DNA of 56,148 bases, from NCBI GenBank assembly GCA_963575745.1, contig CAUYUJ010000109.1:62001-118148 (forward strand), in the 5' to 3' direction. This DNA is from Prorocentrum cordatum (lineage: Eukaryota). The position numbers and the translations under genes were made by a program. The notes below the pieces were generated by a model. It was not told the DNA's origin, searched no databases, and was given only the letters and a program-made list of their open reading frames with translations. Below, piece after piece: positions 26,546 to 40,977 of this stretch; the first letter of the stretch is position 1; each line of letters begins with the position of its first letter.

Positions 26546-28661
26546 AACGCCCGGCCCGCCCTGACGACACGTCTGGTTGTGCGACAGGGAAGAGTTCAGT
26601 ATCAGGTGGCCTTCGTCCCAACACGCCACTGCGCCTGGGTTGTGGGCCAGACGCCGTCTGGGTGCATATTGGAATCTCTGGGGAATTCTCTGGGAACATT
26701 CGTGCAGGCGTGCCTCTCAGGGCTCAGCTGGCTGCCTCTTGGGGGCCTCCCGGGGCGTCCTGGGAGCTTTTTAGCGGGCATTTTGCGGACGAGGCTGTAT
26801 TTGTCGGTGTAGTTTCGATATGACTCAAGTGGTGTCACCGTGGTCGGTCCTTTGTGGATCGAGACAGATACTTGGCAACACATTCAGTGTTATTGGCTAT
26901 GAACTGGCCCTTTTTGTAGAATCTTGTATGGCCAGTGGTGTATCACTTGGGTCATATCGGCCAACGGAGCTTCGATACGGCTGAAGTGGGATCAACAGGA
27001 ATTGCCAGGTGTTTAGCCGAGACAGACGGTAACGCAGGAACTTAGTGCAATTGGGTGTCATTTCGAGCTTGCTGAGATCGGTCGTGGTCCATTTCGACCC
27101 AGGTGCTACCATTTGGGTACCACTTGGGTCGTGTCGTCGGCGCAGGTAGTAGTGCACGGGCAGCGCGGTGACAGTATTTGTGCTATAAGTTGCGGTGGCC
27201 CTTACGATGCGGTATGATTGAAGTAGTACCACGTGGGTTCATGTCGAAGCCTGCTGATATTCATCTGATTCACATGACACTTTTCGGTCTGCACTCGGGT
27301 GGTGTCGCGTGGTCCGAACACTTGAAGGCCTCTTGGTGGTTTCTCGACGGCCTTTGAGGGCCTCTTGGGATGCGTCTCGGGGGCCTCCTGGAGGGTTCTT
27401 TGGGGTCTCTGGGCTTTCTTGGGGGCCTCTGCGCAAAAGGGCCCAGCACGCGCGGGCACAACGCAGTGCGATCCACCCTCCACAACATTGCCTCCTCCCT
27501 TGATCCGACCACCAGTCTTGAACCTCGGGGGCTCATTTCTTTGTGTGCAGGGCTGCGCCCTGCAGACCGACCGACCGACCGCCTGGCGTGTGCGGCTTCT
27601 CGGGACGCCTCGTAGCCCTGCTGCGGCAGGCGCCAGTGGCGGTCCGTCCTCCTCGTCCTCCTCGTCCTCCTCCTCCTCGTCGTCCTCCTCCTCTTCCTCC
27701 TCCTCCTCCTCCTCCGCCTCCTCCTCCTCCTCCTCCTCCGCCTCCTTCTCCTCCTCCCTCATCATCCTCCGCGTGGCGCAAGATGGAAGTAGCGCAATAT
27801 GGAATTCTACGGAGTTCTACCAGCCCCTCGAGGGGGTGCTGGAGGCCGCTGGCAATGGAGCACAGGGCCGTCACGTTTTCGTGCTTCGGGCGCCCGCGCG
27901 CGGGACTCCAGAGGCTCCTCGTGCAGAGCCTGGCACGGCGGCTCTCTCGGTGCCCCGGCACCGAGGCCCACGTTGAGGAGCGGTGGGTGGAGGCCCACGT
28001 CGCCGTGGACACCTGGCGGCGGGTGGCGCGCATATGGCGGCGGTGCCTCCCCACGTCGGCCGATGAGGAAGCGGCTGCGAGCGAGGAGCACGCGCTGGAT
28101 GATGCCGCAGTTGCGCAGGCGGGCGACCCTGGCAGCGTCGGTCTGCCGCTTGCCGCGCCGACGCCCGCGGCCGCGACCTCGGATTAGCCGAGGGCGTCGA
28201 GCAGCCTTTTGTGGCCCCCGCGAGGTCGCCGACACGCCAGTGACCTACTGAGGCCTTTTGGATCCCCCGCAAGGTCACCGATTTTACGGTGACCTTCGAA
28301 AGTCTCTTGCAGCCCCCACCAGGTCACCGAAATGCTCTTCCGTGCCCGCCTCCCCCCTTTTCCGCATCCCCTTGCCTCGCTTCTTGCTCGCGGCTCTCCT
28401 CGCCGTTGCCTTCTGCCGCGCTGATCGGGGTCGTGAGCCCTTTATTTTGGGCGAGGGTGCCGTTGAGCCTCCTGCCGGCCAGTTTTTGGGGAGCTTTCTC
28501 GGGGACCTTCACATCCTCTCAGTTTCTTGGGGGATCGCCCTCGGGGCTTCTTCGCCCACGGAAGTGCCCAGTGACAGCCACGTTTTGAAAAGGAATTGCC
28601 CCCCATCCGTGGAGCTGCTGCTCAGCTTCAGGCGTCTAGTCCTAAACCAAACGAATTCTTC

Positions 28662-29662
28662 ACGCTTCGCGTATCCCCACCAGCCCATCTCAAAACAGCA
28701 ACTCTAGCGAAGCATGCCGACAGTCGTGTTTTTCAGGCGTGTTTCCGCCTGCCCCCACATATCTCCCCTGTTCCTCCTTCCTCCCGCCTCCTTGTACATC
28801 CTCCTTGTGGTGGGAGCGGGAGAAGGACGAGGCGGAGGAGGAGGGAGAGAAAGCGCTCCTCGTGGTTTGAGTCGTTTGGGGTTTCTCGTCCTGGTGTGAG
28901 TCGTTCGGGCCCTTCTTCCTGGTGTGAGTCGTTCGGGCTCTTCGTGGTGTGAGTCGTTCGGGCTCTTCGTCCTGGTGTGAGTCGTTCGGGCTTCTCGTGG
29001 TGTGAGTTGTTCGGGCCCCTCGTCCTGGTGTGAGTCGTTCGGGCCCCTCCTCCTGCCCGTCCAGAAACGACGCCCAGGCGAGTAGAGGGTCGTCCTGATG
29101 GGCTTTTCGGCGTCTTGGGTGCCTCGGGGGGGCCTCTTTGGGCCGTTTGGGATCCTCTTGGGGGCCTCCTGGGGGCCTCTTGGGGCCATCTTGGGGCCTC
29201 TTGGTGCCTCCTGGGCGCTTCTTGGGGCCATCTTGGAGGAAATCGATCAAAGAAGAGGGGAGCTTTAATTAGCGCTGCCCCCTCAGAAGGCCAAAATGGG
29301 GCCAAAACCTTAGTAAAATCAATGATTTTGGCTTGAAAGAAGAGGGGAGCTTTAATTAGCGCTGCCCCCTCAGAAGGCCAAAATGGGGCCAAAACCGTGG
29401 TAAAATCAATGATTTTGGCTTCAAAGAAGAGGGGAGCACTTTTCTGCCTCCCCCCGTCGGGGCCAGAATCCTCGTGAGGGGTGTCGTTTTTTAGCCCCCC
29501 CAGGAGTCGAAAAAGACCCCCCCCAACGACCCGCGGGGCGCCCTCTCCAGGCCCAGGGGGAGGGGGTAGGGGGAGGGGCAAACCCCTCCCCGAAGGGGAA
29601 GAAGGGGGTTGAGAACAGAGCGGGCTCTCTAAACCACTCACGCCCAAAGGGCTGGTGGGATT
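28662..29662 (+). mobile_element. Dispersed Helentron/HINE-like repeat, copy B, with an unoccupied TATCCCCACCAG site
   Basis: ACGCTTCGCGTATCCCCACCAGCCCATC at 28662; CCAGAAACGACGCCCAGGCGAGTAGAGGGTCGTCCTGA at 29061; 87 bp internal tandem repeat (29249, 29336, 29423); 3' GCCC-AAA-GGGCTGGTGGGATT. Confidence 0.6.
28859..29048. repeat. 25-28 bp minisatellite, ~7 copies
   Basis: TGGTGTGAGTCGTTCGGGC repeated. Confidence 0.9.
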
Positions 29663-30396
29663 CTCCATTGAGGGCCCCCCCTCTTGAGAAAAGATACCGC
29701 CATCTATCCTTATAGCTATTTCGAACTCTCACATGTGGTAATCCATGCTGATGAAGTATTCGGCGATACCGTTTTTGAAAAGGAACCGTGCTCCATCTGT
29801 GTAGCTGTTGGGCTGCTGGATGTGAGTGTGCACGGCGCCAAGGCGAGAGCACCATTTTGAAAAAGGACTTCCATCCGAGGAGATCCTTGAGTTTTTCAAG
29901 ACGAGTCTGCAAGGCGCTGGGGCGAGAGTCCCATCTTGAAAGCGGCCCGCCCGCAATAGGTATGGCTGCTGAAAATCTTTAGTTGAGAGCGCGCGGCGCC
30001 AAAGCAGGAACCCCATTGCGAACGACTGGTGGAGTGGATCCCAGTGGCTCCCGCTCCTCCTCCTCCTCCTCCTCTTCCTCCTCTCCACGCCATCCCAGTG
30101 GCTGGTGGAGTTTGTCAAGACGAGACTGCACGGCAACCGACGCGAGAGCTCCGTTTTGAGAACGGCCTGCCCTCCAAACGTGGAATCGTCGGAGGTTCCG
30201 GGCCTCAAGATCGTGCGCGGTGAGGAGCCTTCAGGCGAAACATCCAGAGCGCCCGAACGGCACGTCTGGTGGTGGATTCTTGTAAAAGGGCGAGGGATGG
30301 AGAAGGGAGGGGAATGAGCATAGAGAATTAGGGGGAGGGAGGAGGATGCGGCGAGTGGAGACGAGGAGAAGGATGAGGATTAGGAGAAGATGAAGC

Positions 30397-30428
<32 letters not shown>

Positions 30429-30532
30429 AAGAAGAAGAAGTAAAAGTAGAAACACAAGTTCAATTATACGCAGACACATAAGTATAAGTATAATTATACG
30501 TATACGTAACATTGTATCTTCAATAATAATAT

Positions 30533-30609
<77 letters not shown>

Positions 30610-30770
30610 AGTAGTAGTAGTAGTAGTACTAGCCGTGGTAGTAGTAGTAGTAGTAGGAGTCGTTGTAGTCGTAGTCGTGGTCGTAGTCGTTATCGAAGTT
30701 GCAGTAGTCGTACTCGTAGTTGTAGTAGTCGTAGTAGTAGTCGTAGTCGCAGTAGTAGTCGTAGTAGTCT

Positions 30771-30806
<36 letters not shown>

Positions 30807-31001
30807 CAGTAGTAGTAGTGGTTGTTGTTGTTAGTAGTAGTAGTATTAGTGGAAGCCGTAGTAGTAGTAGTAGTAGTAGTAGTAGTAATGGTAGTAGTAG
30901 TAGTAGTAGTAGTAGTAGTCGTCGTAGTAGTAGTAGTAGTAGTCGTCGTAGTAGTAGTAGTAGTAGTCGTGGTGGTGGTGATGGTGGTGGTGGTGGTTGT
31001 G

Positions 31002-31074
<73 letters not shown>

Positions 31075-31271
31075 CCGTAGTAGTGGTACTAGTAGTAGTA
31101 GTAGTAGTAGTAGTAATAATGGTAGTGGTAGTAGTAGTAGTAGTAGTAGTCGTCGTCCTAGTGGTACTGGCATTCGTAGTAGTGTTAGTATTAGTATCAG
31201 TATTTGTATTAGTCTGCGTATTCTTAGTAGTGTCTGTAGTAGTAGAAGTTGTAGTAGTAGTAGTAGTTGTT

Positions 31272-31323
<52 letters not shown>

Positions 31324-31382
31324 TAGTAGTAGTACTATTAGTAGTAGTAGTGGGTGTGGTAGTAGTAGTAGTAGGAGTAGTT

Positions 31383-31465
<83 letters not shown>

Positions 31466-31496
31466 CGTAGTCGTAGTAGTAGTAGTAGTAGTAGTA

Positions 31497-31572
<76 letters not shown>

Positions 31573-31916
31573 AGGAAATAGTAGTAGACGGAGTTACCGC
31601 AGTCTCAGTCTCTAGTAGTAGTAGTAGTCGTAGTAGTAGCAGAAGAGGTAGTAGTAGTAGTAATCGTATTCGTAGTCGTAGTAGTCGTAGTAGTCGTGGT
31701 AGTAGTTGAAACACCAGCCGTAGTAGCAATAGAATTAGTAGTAGTGGTGGTAGTAGTAGTAGCAGTAGTAGTAGTAGTAGTAGTAGTCGTAGTCGTAGTG
31801 GTAGCAGTAGTAAGTGTAGTAGTCGTAGTAGTAATCGTAGTAGTATTCGTATTCGTAGTAGTAGTAGTAGTAGAATACTAGTAGTGGTAGTAGTCTGGGT
31901 AGTGGTAGTATTAGTT

Positions 31917-31955
<39 letters not shown>

Positions 31956-31994
31956 ATAGTAGCAGTAGCAGCAGTAGTATTCGTAGTAGTACTC

Positions 31995-32048
<54 letters not shown>

Positions 32049-32132
32049 ATAGTAGTAGTAACCGTTGTAATCGTAGTAGGGGGGTAGTAGTAGCAGTCGC
32101 AGAAATAGTAGCAGTACATATTCGTAGTATTC

Positions 32133-32190
<58 letters not shown>

Positions 32191-32256
32191 AAGTAGTAGT
32201 AGTAGTCGTCGTAGTCGTAGTCGCAGTCGTAGTCGTAGTAGTAGTAGCAGCTGCAT

Positions 32257-32289
<33 letters not shown>

Positions 32290-32655
32290 CCATAGTAATA
32301 GTAGTAGTAGTCGTATTAGTAGTAGTCGTAGTAGTAGTAGTAGTAGTAGTAGTAGTCGTCGTCGGTGGAAAAGTAGTACTAGTAGTTGTAAAAGTAGCAG
32401 TACTAGTGGTAGCAGCAGTAGTAGTAGTAGTAGTAGTAGTAATAGTAGTAGTAGTAGCAGTCGTAGCAGTAACATTAGTAGTGGTAGTAGTATTTGTAGT
32501 GCTAGTAGTGGTAGTAGTCGTAGTAGTAGTAGTAGCGGTAGTAGTAGTAATTTTTGTAGTAGCAGTAGTAGTTATAGTAGTGGTAATATCGGTAGTCGTA
32601 TTAGGGGTAGTCGTAGTCGTAGTCGTGGCAGGCGTATTCGTAGTAGTAGTAGTAG

Positions 32656-32698
<43 letters not shown>

Positions 32699-32765
32699 CA
32701 CTAGTAGTACTGGTCGTACTACTACTACTGCTACTAGTAGTAGTTGGGTAGTAGTAGTAGCAGTC

Positions 32766-32800
<35 letters not shown>

Positions 32801-32914
32801 CGTAAAAGTAGTAGTTGTAGGCGTAGTAGTAGTAATAGTAGAAGTAGTGGTAGCCGTCGTCGTCGGTGAAGTAGTCGTAGTAGCAGTAGTAGTAGTAGTA
32901 GTAGTAGTACATGC

Positions 32915-32945
<31 letters not shown>

Positions 32946-32951
32946 ATCGTC

Positions 32952-32992
<41 letters not shown>

Positions 32993-32993
32993 C

Positions 32994-33036
<43 letters not shown>

Positions 33037-33037
33037 C

Positions 33038-33083
<46 letters not shown>

Positions 33084-33084
33084 C

Positions 33085-33121
<37 letters not shown>

Positions 33122-33553
33122 CGTAACCGTATTTCTCGTAGTAGTAGTACCACTCGGCGTAGTAGTTCTCGCAGTAGTAGTAGTGGTAGTCGTAGGTGTA
33201 GTTTTAGTAGTAGCTGTGCTTGTAGTAGTGTTAGTAGTAGTGCTCGTAGTAGTATAGTAGTAGTGGTAGCTGTAGTGGTGGTAGTCGCCGAATTCGTAGT
33301 TGCAGTAGTAGTACTAGTTGTAGTACTAGTAGTAATCGTTGTGGTAGCAGCAGGAGTAGCAGTAGTCGTAGGTGAAGTAGTAGTACTAACCGTACTAATA
33401 GTCGTAGTCGTTGGATTCGTGGTGGTGGTGGTAGTCGTAGTAGTAGTAGTAGTCGCCAGCCGTAGTCATAGTGGTAGTAGTCGTAGCTGTAGTAGTGGTA
33501 GTAGTGTTAGTGTTAATGGTCGTTGTGGTAGTAGTAGCAGTAATAGAAGTCGC

Positions 33554-33604
<51 letters not shown>

Positions 33605-33608
33605 CGTC

Positions 33609-33642
<34 letters not shown>

Positions 33643-33665
33643 TAGTAGTAGTCGTAGTAGTAGTC

Positions 33666-33710
<45 letters not shown>

Positions 33711-34134
33711 CTAGTAGTGGTGGTGGTGGTGGTGGTGGTGGTAGTAGTAGTCGGAGCAGTCGTAGTAGTCGTAGTAGTCGCGGTAGTAGTAGCAGTAGTG
33801 GAAGTAGTAGTTGTAGTAGTAGTAGTAGTATAGCAGTAGTAGTGGTGTAGTAGTGGTGCTAGTGTAGTAGTTAGTAAGTGTAGCAGTGTAGTAGTAGTAG
33901 TAGTAGTAAGTAGTAGTCGTAGTAGTCGTAGTCGGTAGTGTAGTAGTAGTAGTAGTCTAGTAGTAGTGCAGTAGTAGTAGTAGTAGTAGTAGTGGTGGTA
34001 GTAGTAGTAGCAGCGTCGTAGTAGTAGTACAGTAGTAAGGTTGTAGCCGTGGTAGTCGCAGCAGTCGGTGTAGTAGTCGAGTAGCAAGTTCTTGTCGTAG
34101 TCCAGTAGTATAGTAGTCGTAGTAGGTAGTAGTG

Positions 34135-34167
<33 letters not shown>

Positions 34168-34398
34168 TAGTATAGTAGTAGTAGTAGTAGTAAAGGGAGT
34201 AGGGTTAGTAGTAGTAGTGTAGTAGTAGTAGAGTAGTAGTAGTAGTCGTAGTAGTAGTATTAGTAGTAGTAGTAGTAGTAGTCGTATTAGTCGCAGTAGT
34301 AGTAGTAGTCGTAGGGGTGGCCGTAGTAGTAGTAACACTGGCAGTCGCAGTAGCCGTAGTAGCGGTAGCCGTAGCCGTAGTAGTAGTAGCAGCAACAC

Positions 34399-34437
<39 letters not shown>

Positions 34438-34467
34438 TAGTAGTACTTGTAATCGTAGTAGTAGTAA

Positions 34468-34500
<33 letters not shown>

Positions 34501-34660
34501 GCGAAGTAGAAGCAGTAGTAGTAGCAGTCGTAGTAGTAGTCGTAGTAAACGTGACACTGCTAGCAGTTGCCGTGGTAGTGGTGGTTTCTATTAATCGTTG
34601 TTGTGGTGGTCGTAGTGGTAGTTCTAGTAGTAGTAGTCGTGGTGATACCAGCAGTAGTAA

Positions 34661-34728
<68 letters not shown>

Positions 34729-34739
34729 TAGTAGTAGTG

Positions 34740-34823
<84 letters not shown>

Positions 34824-34883
34824 AGTAGTAGTAGTCGTAGTAAGTAGTAGTAGTAGTAAGTAGTAGTAGTAGTAGTCGTAGTC

Positions 34884-34939
<56 letters not shown>

Positions 34940-34946
34940 CGTAGTC

Positions 34947-35016
<70 letters not shown>

Positions 35017-35027
35017 AAGTAGTAGTA

Positions 35028-35095
<68 letters not shown>
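30397..35095 (+). repeat. Very long degenerate (GTA)n microsatellite (~4.7 kb)
   Basis: Directly visible; runs into the assembly gap. Confidence 0.97.
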
Positions 35096-35195
35096 NNNNN
35101 NNNNNNNNNNNNNNNNNNNNNNNNNNNNNNNNNNNNNNNNNNNNNNNNNNNNNNNNNNNNNNNNNNNNNNNNNNNNNNNNNNNNNNNNNNNNNNN
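35096..35195. other. Assembly gap (100 N)
   Basis: N run. Confidence 1.
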
Positions 35196-35202
35196 CGGCC
35201 AA

Positions 35203-37918
35203 GTGATGGTGCGCAAGTTCTCGAAGCCTGTGCCGATGCCGTGGCCCGCAAAGGCGTGCGCCGCGGGGGAGGCGCCAACCCCCAAAGCAAGACCGACGCA
35301 GCGCCCTGTCCAGCAGGTAAGCCTGTCGGAGAGCGGAGGCGAGGAGTACGACATGGTGTCCGAGGCGGCGACCTTTCGGACGGCGCCGACGGTGCACGCG
35401 GGATCAGCTGCCCCCGCCGAGGACGCCGATGGAGGCGGCGGTGCGGTGGCCGCCCCCAGCGCCGCCGCCTCCGATGGCGCTTCGGCGATGCCTGCATCGG
35501 CGGTGGTGCCGGTGACATCAGCCGCCCTGGCGGCGGCAGCCACGTATGCCGACTTCACCACAGAGCAGCGGCGCGGGCTCCACAACCTTCAGCTGAGGGG
35601 GTATGCTGTGGGCGGCCGTGGCGGCCGCGGGGCGCGCAGCGAGGCAGGCGGCGGGCGCGCCGTGGGCGACGGGGCCGCCAGCGAGGCCCCGAGCGCTGCG
35701 ACCACGGGAGCTCTCAGCGGCCGTGGGGGCAAGCGCCACCGCCGACGCAGCAACGAAGCCGTCTACGGCCAGGCCCCCCAGTCGTGCGACGGCACGCCAG
35801 CCGCGCTCGAAGACGTAGAGATGATGACGGAGAAGAACTACGCTGAGGCGGGCTACGTCCACTGCATGGGCGCATATTGGGTACCGCCGCACCGCCTGGG
35901 CTGGTGTCGGAGCTGCACGGCGCTGGACGACTGGAAGATTATGGCGGTGGAGTACGTGGACGAGCTCAGTTGTGCGGAGATGCGTCGCTATGCGATGGCC
36001 AAGGAGGACAACGAGAAATACCCCGAACTGAGGAGGGGCAAAGAGGGGCAGCTCAAGCTGTACATGTGCTCGAACTGCGTGGCGGCGTCAGAGGGCATCT
36101 CCGAGCACGAGGCCGTGACGCGCGCTGCGCGCGCGAACAAGGGCCCAGGCTCCATCGACCATGCCGCCAAGCGGGTAGCGAAGTTCCGTGCGAGCTTTGA
36201 CTACATCAAGGAGGGCATGGACGTCCTGGTGGGGTTCGCGCTCTCTGAGGAGGGCTTGCTTGCCCTGCGGGGGTCAACGGAAGGCGTGGGGGTGGGCATC
36301 GACCCCGAGAGCACAGGCGCCCCCCCAGCCACGGAAGAAGTGGCGAGGGAGGTGGGTCGCCCAATGGCGAGGGAGGCGGGGGTGGTGCCAGGGCCGCCCC
36401 GTGCGCCACCCCCGCCCCTCGAGGAAGAGCCTCCCAGTGATGGGGAGAACGACCCCCAGCCCGACGTGGGCGCGGAGGGCCAGGGGCCCCAGCTGACCGA
36501 GGCCCAGGCCGTGAAGCAGGTAACGGACATCGAGCCCTTGCTGCGGCTTGGCCTATCCAAGAAGTCGCCGAAGCGCATGGCGCGGGCCTATGGCGTCCTC
36601 AAATTCGAGACCATGCGCGCCCGCATGCTGGGCGGCCTGGGGGCCGTCCTGGAGACGAAGGAGGACATGGTGAGGGGCGCCGAGGCGCAGGACGGAGTCC
36701 AGAAGTGGCTCGACGCGCTGGACGAGTAGGCGGAGGAGGATGTGGGGAGGCTGAAGAGGGGTGTCCTGGAAGCCTCGGGAATTGCAGACGCCCACCTGGG
36801 ACACAAACGTGCCTGGAAGGAGGAGTGCCAGGGTGGCACCGCGGCGCAGGAGGCCTACCACCGCATGGGCGACTCAACGGACCAGTTTTGCCGCGACCAG
36901 GGCTTCACGTTCAACATGTACTACAAGTGCGCGGCCAACAAGACCTGGGATACTCCCAGGGGGTGCTGTTCGGTGATCCGATCGGATCGCTGGTCACAGC
37001 TGCTCTCATGCGCCCAGGAGGCAGCGGGAGAGACGGGCCAGCGCTGGTACTGCCACTGCGGGGCGCGCTACTCGACCTCCTACGGAGTCTGCATCGAGTT
37101 CATAGAGGAGGAGGCGAACCCGCCACGCGCGTACTACACGCACGCGGAACATCCCGAGGGGGACATCCGCGACCTGAAGGCCCTGCTGCGCTACGACAAG
37201 CTCAAGAAGGATGGGATCGCAGTGCTCAACGCGGTGGACCTTCTGCAGCACCTGCCCAAGGTAGAGCCGATGGCAGTTGGCACCGTCTTCAAGCGCTGTG
37301 CTCCACACCAGGCACAATGGGAGGGCCACTATGTGCTGATGGAGGGGCTCACCTGGGAGAGCTTGCCCACGTTCGAGTGGACCGACCTCTACGCGCAGGT
37401 TGCCTGGGGACTGAGCGACCCCGAATGGGCGAGGTACAGCAAGAAGACGCGGAACAAAGCCAAGAGGGAGCGCCTGGAGATGGCGGACAGGGAATTGGCG
37501 CACTACGAGCGCCGCCACAACCTGAAAGTGGGCAGCCCCTCGGGCGGCGGGGGTGGCACAGGGGTCGGTCGCCCCGCGCGCCACCCCCGTTCGCAACGCC
37601 AGTGCCCCACCAGCGAGCGGGGCCCGCGGCGGCGAGGACCCGCCACCACCGCCAGCGGGAGTCCCGCCAGAGGCCGTGGCCATCATGGGCCCCCCGCCGC
37701 CGCCGCCGCCGGCCCACCCGCCGCCGCAGACGGACGTGCCCCCGCAGCAGGTCCCAAGCGCAGCAGCCCTGAACGTGGCCCTCGGTGAAGACCTCGAGCG
37801 CCAGATCTTTGGGCCCGCAGGGCAGGCGGGGGGCAGTGGCGACCTCGGCGGGGAGGCGCGGGCGCTGCCGTCGCAGGTCTTCGCCGCCATCGCGCAGGGA
37901 ACAGGCCAGCAGGCCTGA
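35203..37918 (+). pseudogene. Intronless Cys-rich hypothetical protein gene with one in-frame TAG and a probable C-terminal frameshift
   Basis: ORFs 35203-36729 and 36742-37788 share a frame and are separated only by TAG at 36727. G/C-ending codon usage; WCRSC, YMCSNC, YYKC...CC...RWYCHCGARY. The Pro-rich tail continues in 37553-37918. The 5' end may lie in the gap. Confidence 0.65.
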
Positions 37919-38129
37919 GGGACAATGCCCAGCAGGTCCCACGGCCTTGACAGGCCGCGAGAGTGCATGCCAAATTGTCTACTTGCTGCTTTCTGTAGTG
38001 TGGCGAGCCCATAGCGGCGCCCTCACTCGCGTGGCGTCACCTGCAGCCCGCGCCTAGGCTAGGCAAATGGCTACCTGTGCACTCTGCCACCGTGGCTCGC
38101 CAACTGGCTTGTCATCTCGGCCTCCTCAC

Positions 38130-38550
38130 GTTCACTTGCGCTCGTTGGCCTCGCTGGCGGTGCTGGGGCAGCCCCGTGTACTGCAGCGTCGCCGTCGGGC
38201 GCCTGGCCATTTTGGCCTGCCATCCTGGCCTCATCTCGCGCCTTCTTGCGCTAGTAGGCTTGGGTGGCGGTGCTGGGGTCGCCCCGTGCGCTGCTATGCT
38301 GTCGCCGGCGCCTTACTTTTTGCTGTAGGGACCAGCTGCCCTCGGCCAGGCGCCAGTTGCTGCATGCACGTCTGACCCGCCCTTGGCTTGCCACCCAGGC
38401 CTAGCCTCGCGTCTTCCCGCGCTAGTCGGCCTGGGTGGCGGTGCTGGGGTCGCCCCGTGTGCTGCTGTGCCGTTGCTGGCGCTTCACCCTGGGCTGTTGG
38501 CCCAACTGCCCACGGTGCGAGCGCCTGACGTTGCAAGCATGTCAGACCCG
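38130..38550. repeat. Diverged tandem repeats downstream of the Cys-rich ORF
   Basis: GGCGGTGCTGGGG..GCCCCGTG at ~38155, 38265 and 38437, with longer colinear similarity between the last two. Confidence 0.75.
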
Positions 38551-38656
38551 CCCTTTCACCCAGAAGAGGTGCGCGCTACATACTGGCAATGAGGCAGCCA
38601 CAAGGACGCTCTTCCCTAGGTGGTTGAGCCGTGGTGATGTGGTGCACGAGACCGCC

Positions 38657-38693
38657 AGTAGTAGTAGTAGTAGTAGAAGTAGTAGTAGTAGTC

Positions 38694-38785
<92 letters not shown>

Positions 38786-38867
38786 CGTAGTCCGTAGTCG
38801 TAGTCGTAGTCGTAGTCGTAGTCGTAGTCGTAGTCGTAGTCGTAGTCGTAGTCGTAGTCGTAGTCGT

Positions 38868-38899
<32 letters not shown>

Positions 38900-39849
38900 T
38901 AGTAGTAGTAGTCGTCGTATAGAGTAGTAGTAGTAACTAGTAGAGTAGGGGGGGGAGTGGTATAAGTAGTAGTAGTAGTAGTATAGTAGTAACTAGTGGT
39001 AATAGTCGTAGTAGTAGTATGTAGTAGTGGCAGTAGTAGTAGTATAGTGCTGAAATATAGTAGTAGTAGTAGTAGTAAGTCGTAGTAGTAAGTAGTATTA
39101 AGTAGTAGTAGTCGTAAGTATGTTGTTTGTAAGTAGTAGTAGTAATAGTAGTAGTAAGTAAGTAGTGTAGTAGTGTATTAAAGTTAGTAGTAGTACGTAG
39201 TTAGTAGTAGTAAGTAGTCGAGTGGTAGTAGTGTAGTAGTAGTAGTAGTAGTAAGTTTGTAGCAGCAGCAGTCAGCGCAGCAGTAGTAGAAGTAGTAGTA
39301 GTAGGAGTAGAGAGTAGACTAGAGTATAGGAGGTAGAGTATAGTAGGAGTCATGAGTGAGGAGTGAGTAGGAGTATTAGTAGTAGTAGTAGTAGTAAGTA
39401 GTGGTAAGCTAGTGGGAATAGTAGTAGTAGTAGTAGTATTAGTGGTAGTAGTAGTAGTAGTAGTAGCCGTCCGTAGTAGTAGTAGTAGTAGATAGTAGTA
39501 GTAGTATAGTAGTATTAGGGAGTAGTAGTATTAAAAGTGGTAGTAGTAGTAGTAGTAGTAGTAGTCGTAACAGCAGCGTATAGTAGTAGTAGTAAGTCGT
39601 GGTAGTAGTAAGTAGTAGTAAGTAGTAGTAGTAGTAGTAGTTAGGAGTCGTAAGTAGTAGTAGTAGTAGTAGTATTATAGTATATTATTACAATAAGTGA
39701 GTTTAGTCGTAGTCGTAGTCGTAGTCGTAGTCCGTAGTCGTAGTCTGTCTCGTCGTCGTTTGTCGTCGTCGCGTCGTAGTCGCAGTCGTATCCGCAGTCC
39801 GTAGTCCGTCGTCGTAATCGTAGTAGTAGTAGTAGTAGTAGTAATAGTA

Positions 39850-39895
<46 letters not shown>

Positions 39896-40082
39896 CGTAG
39901 TAGTAGTAGTAGTAGTAGTAGTAGCAGCATCAGTAGTAATAGTAATCGTAGTAGTAGTACTAGTACTAGTATAGTAGTAGTAGTCGTAGATAAGTAGTGA
40001 GTAGTATGTAGTAGTAGTAGTAGTAGTAGTAGTCGTAGTCCTAGTAGTAGAGTAGTGAGTAGTAGTAGTAGTAGTATTAGTA

Positions 40083-40113
<31 letters not shown>

Positions 40114-40367
40114 CGTAGTAGTAGTAGTAGTAGTATGTAGTAGTAGTAGTAGTCGAGTAGGGAGTAGTAAGGTAGTGATAAGTAGTAGTAGTATTAGTAG
40201 TTAGTAGCAGTTTTTAACAAAACAACACAAAAAAAAAAGTAGGTTCCGTAGTAGTCGTAGTAAGTAGTATAAGGTAATTGTAGTGCAGTAGTAGTAGTAG
40301 TAGTAGTAGTGGTGGGTGTAAAGTAGTAGTAGTAGTATTAGTAGTAGTAGTAGTATTAGTAGTAGTC

Positions 40368-40414
<47 letters not shown>

Positions 40415-40424
40415 CGTAATAGTC

Positions 40425-40471
<47 letters not shown>

Positions 40472-40480
40472 CGTAGTAGT
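38657..40480 (+). repeat. Degenerate (GTA)n microsatellite with a (GTCGTA)n block
   Basis: Directly visible. Confidence 0.96.
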
Positions 40481-40977
40481 CGCTGGTACCGGTCGTTGTG
40501 CTTCCGCAGACAAAGTATGTCGCGAAATTGGTCCCGATCTCGTTGGCCACCGCCATAGTGGCTATGATGCAGGCCGCTGCTTTGCGTTGCTGGTGACTGG
40601 TCGACCTGTCGGCGTAGAAATGGCGGCGACTGCAGTATTAAAGCGTCTGGCCTGCGGGGTCGAGACCGTCCTCGATCGGCTGGCCACAGCCGCCAAGAGC
40701 ACACTTCGTCATTTCATGCTCTTAGATCGCGTAACCTCAGCATCGTGGAAGCTTTGTGCAGGGCGAAGGACGAATCCAGCAGCACGATCGAGTTCCATCT
40801 CAGCGTCATGTTTATCGAAGAAGAAAAAATGCCATACACATAAACTTTTGGCGTTCCGTGCGGATTCTTTGATCTGCGCTGGGCCCCCCTGGCGGCGCTC
40901 CTGGCGCGCTCCGCGCACCAGGGATGGGCGTCCAGCGCAGATCCAAGAAGTCCGCGCCGAACGCCAACGATTTATGC

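Noticed and set aside
30520..35095. Long ORFs rich in T, V, S, L or Y (and poly-M/D/H ORFs in GAT tracts)
   Set aside because: Translation artefacts of trinucleotide microsatellites.
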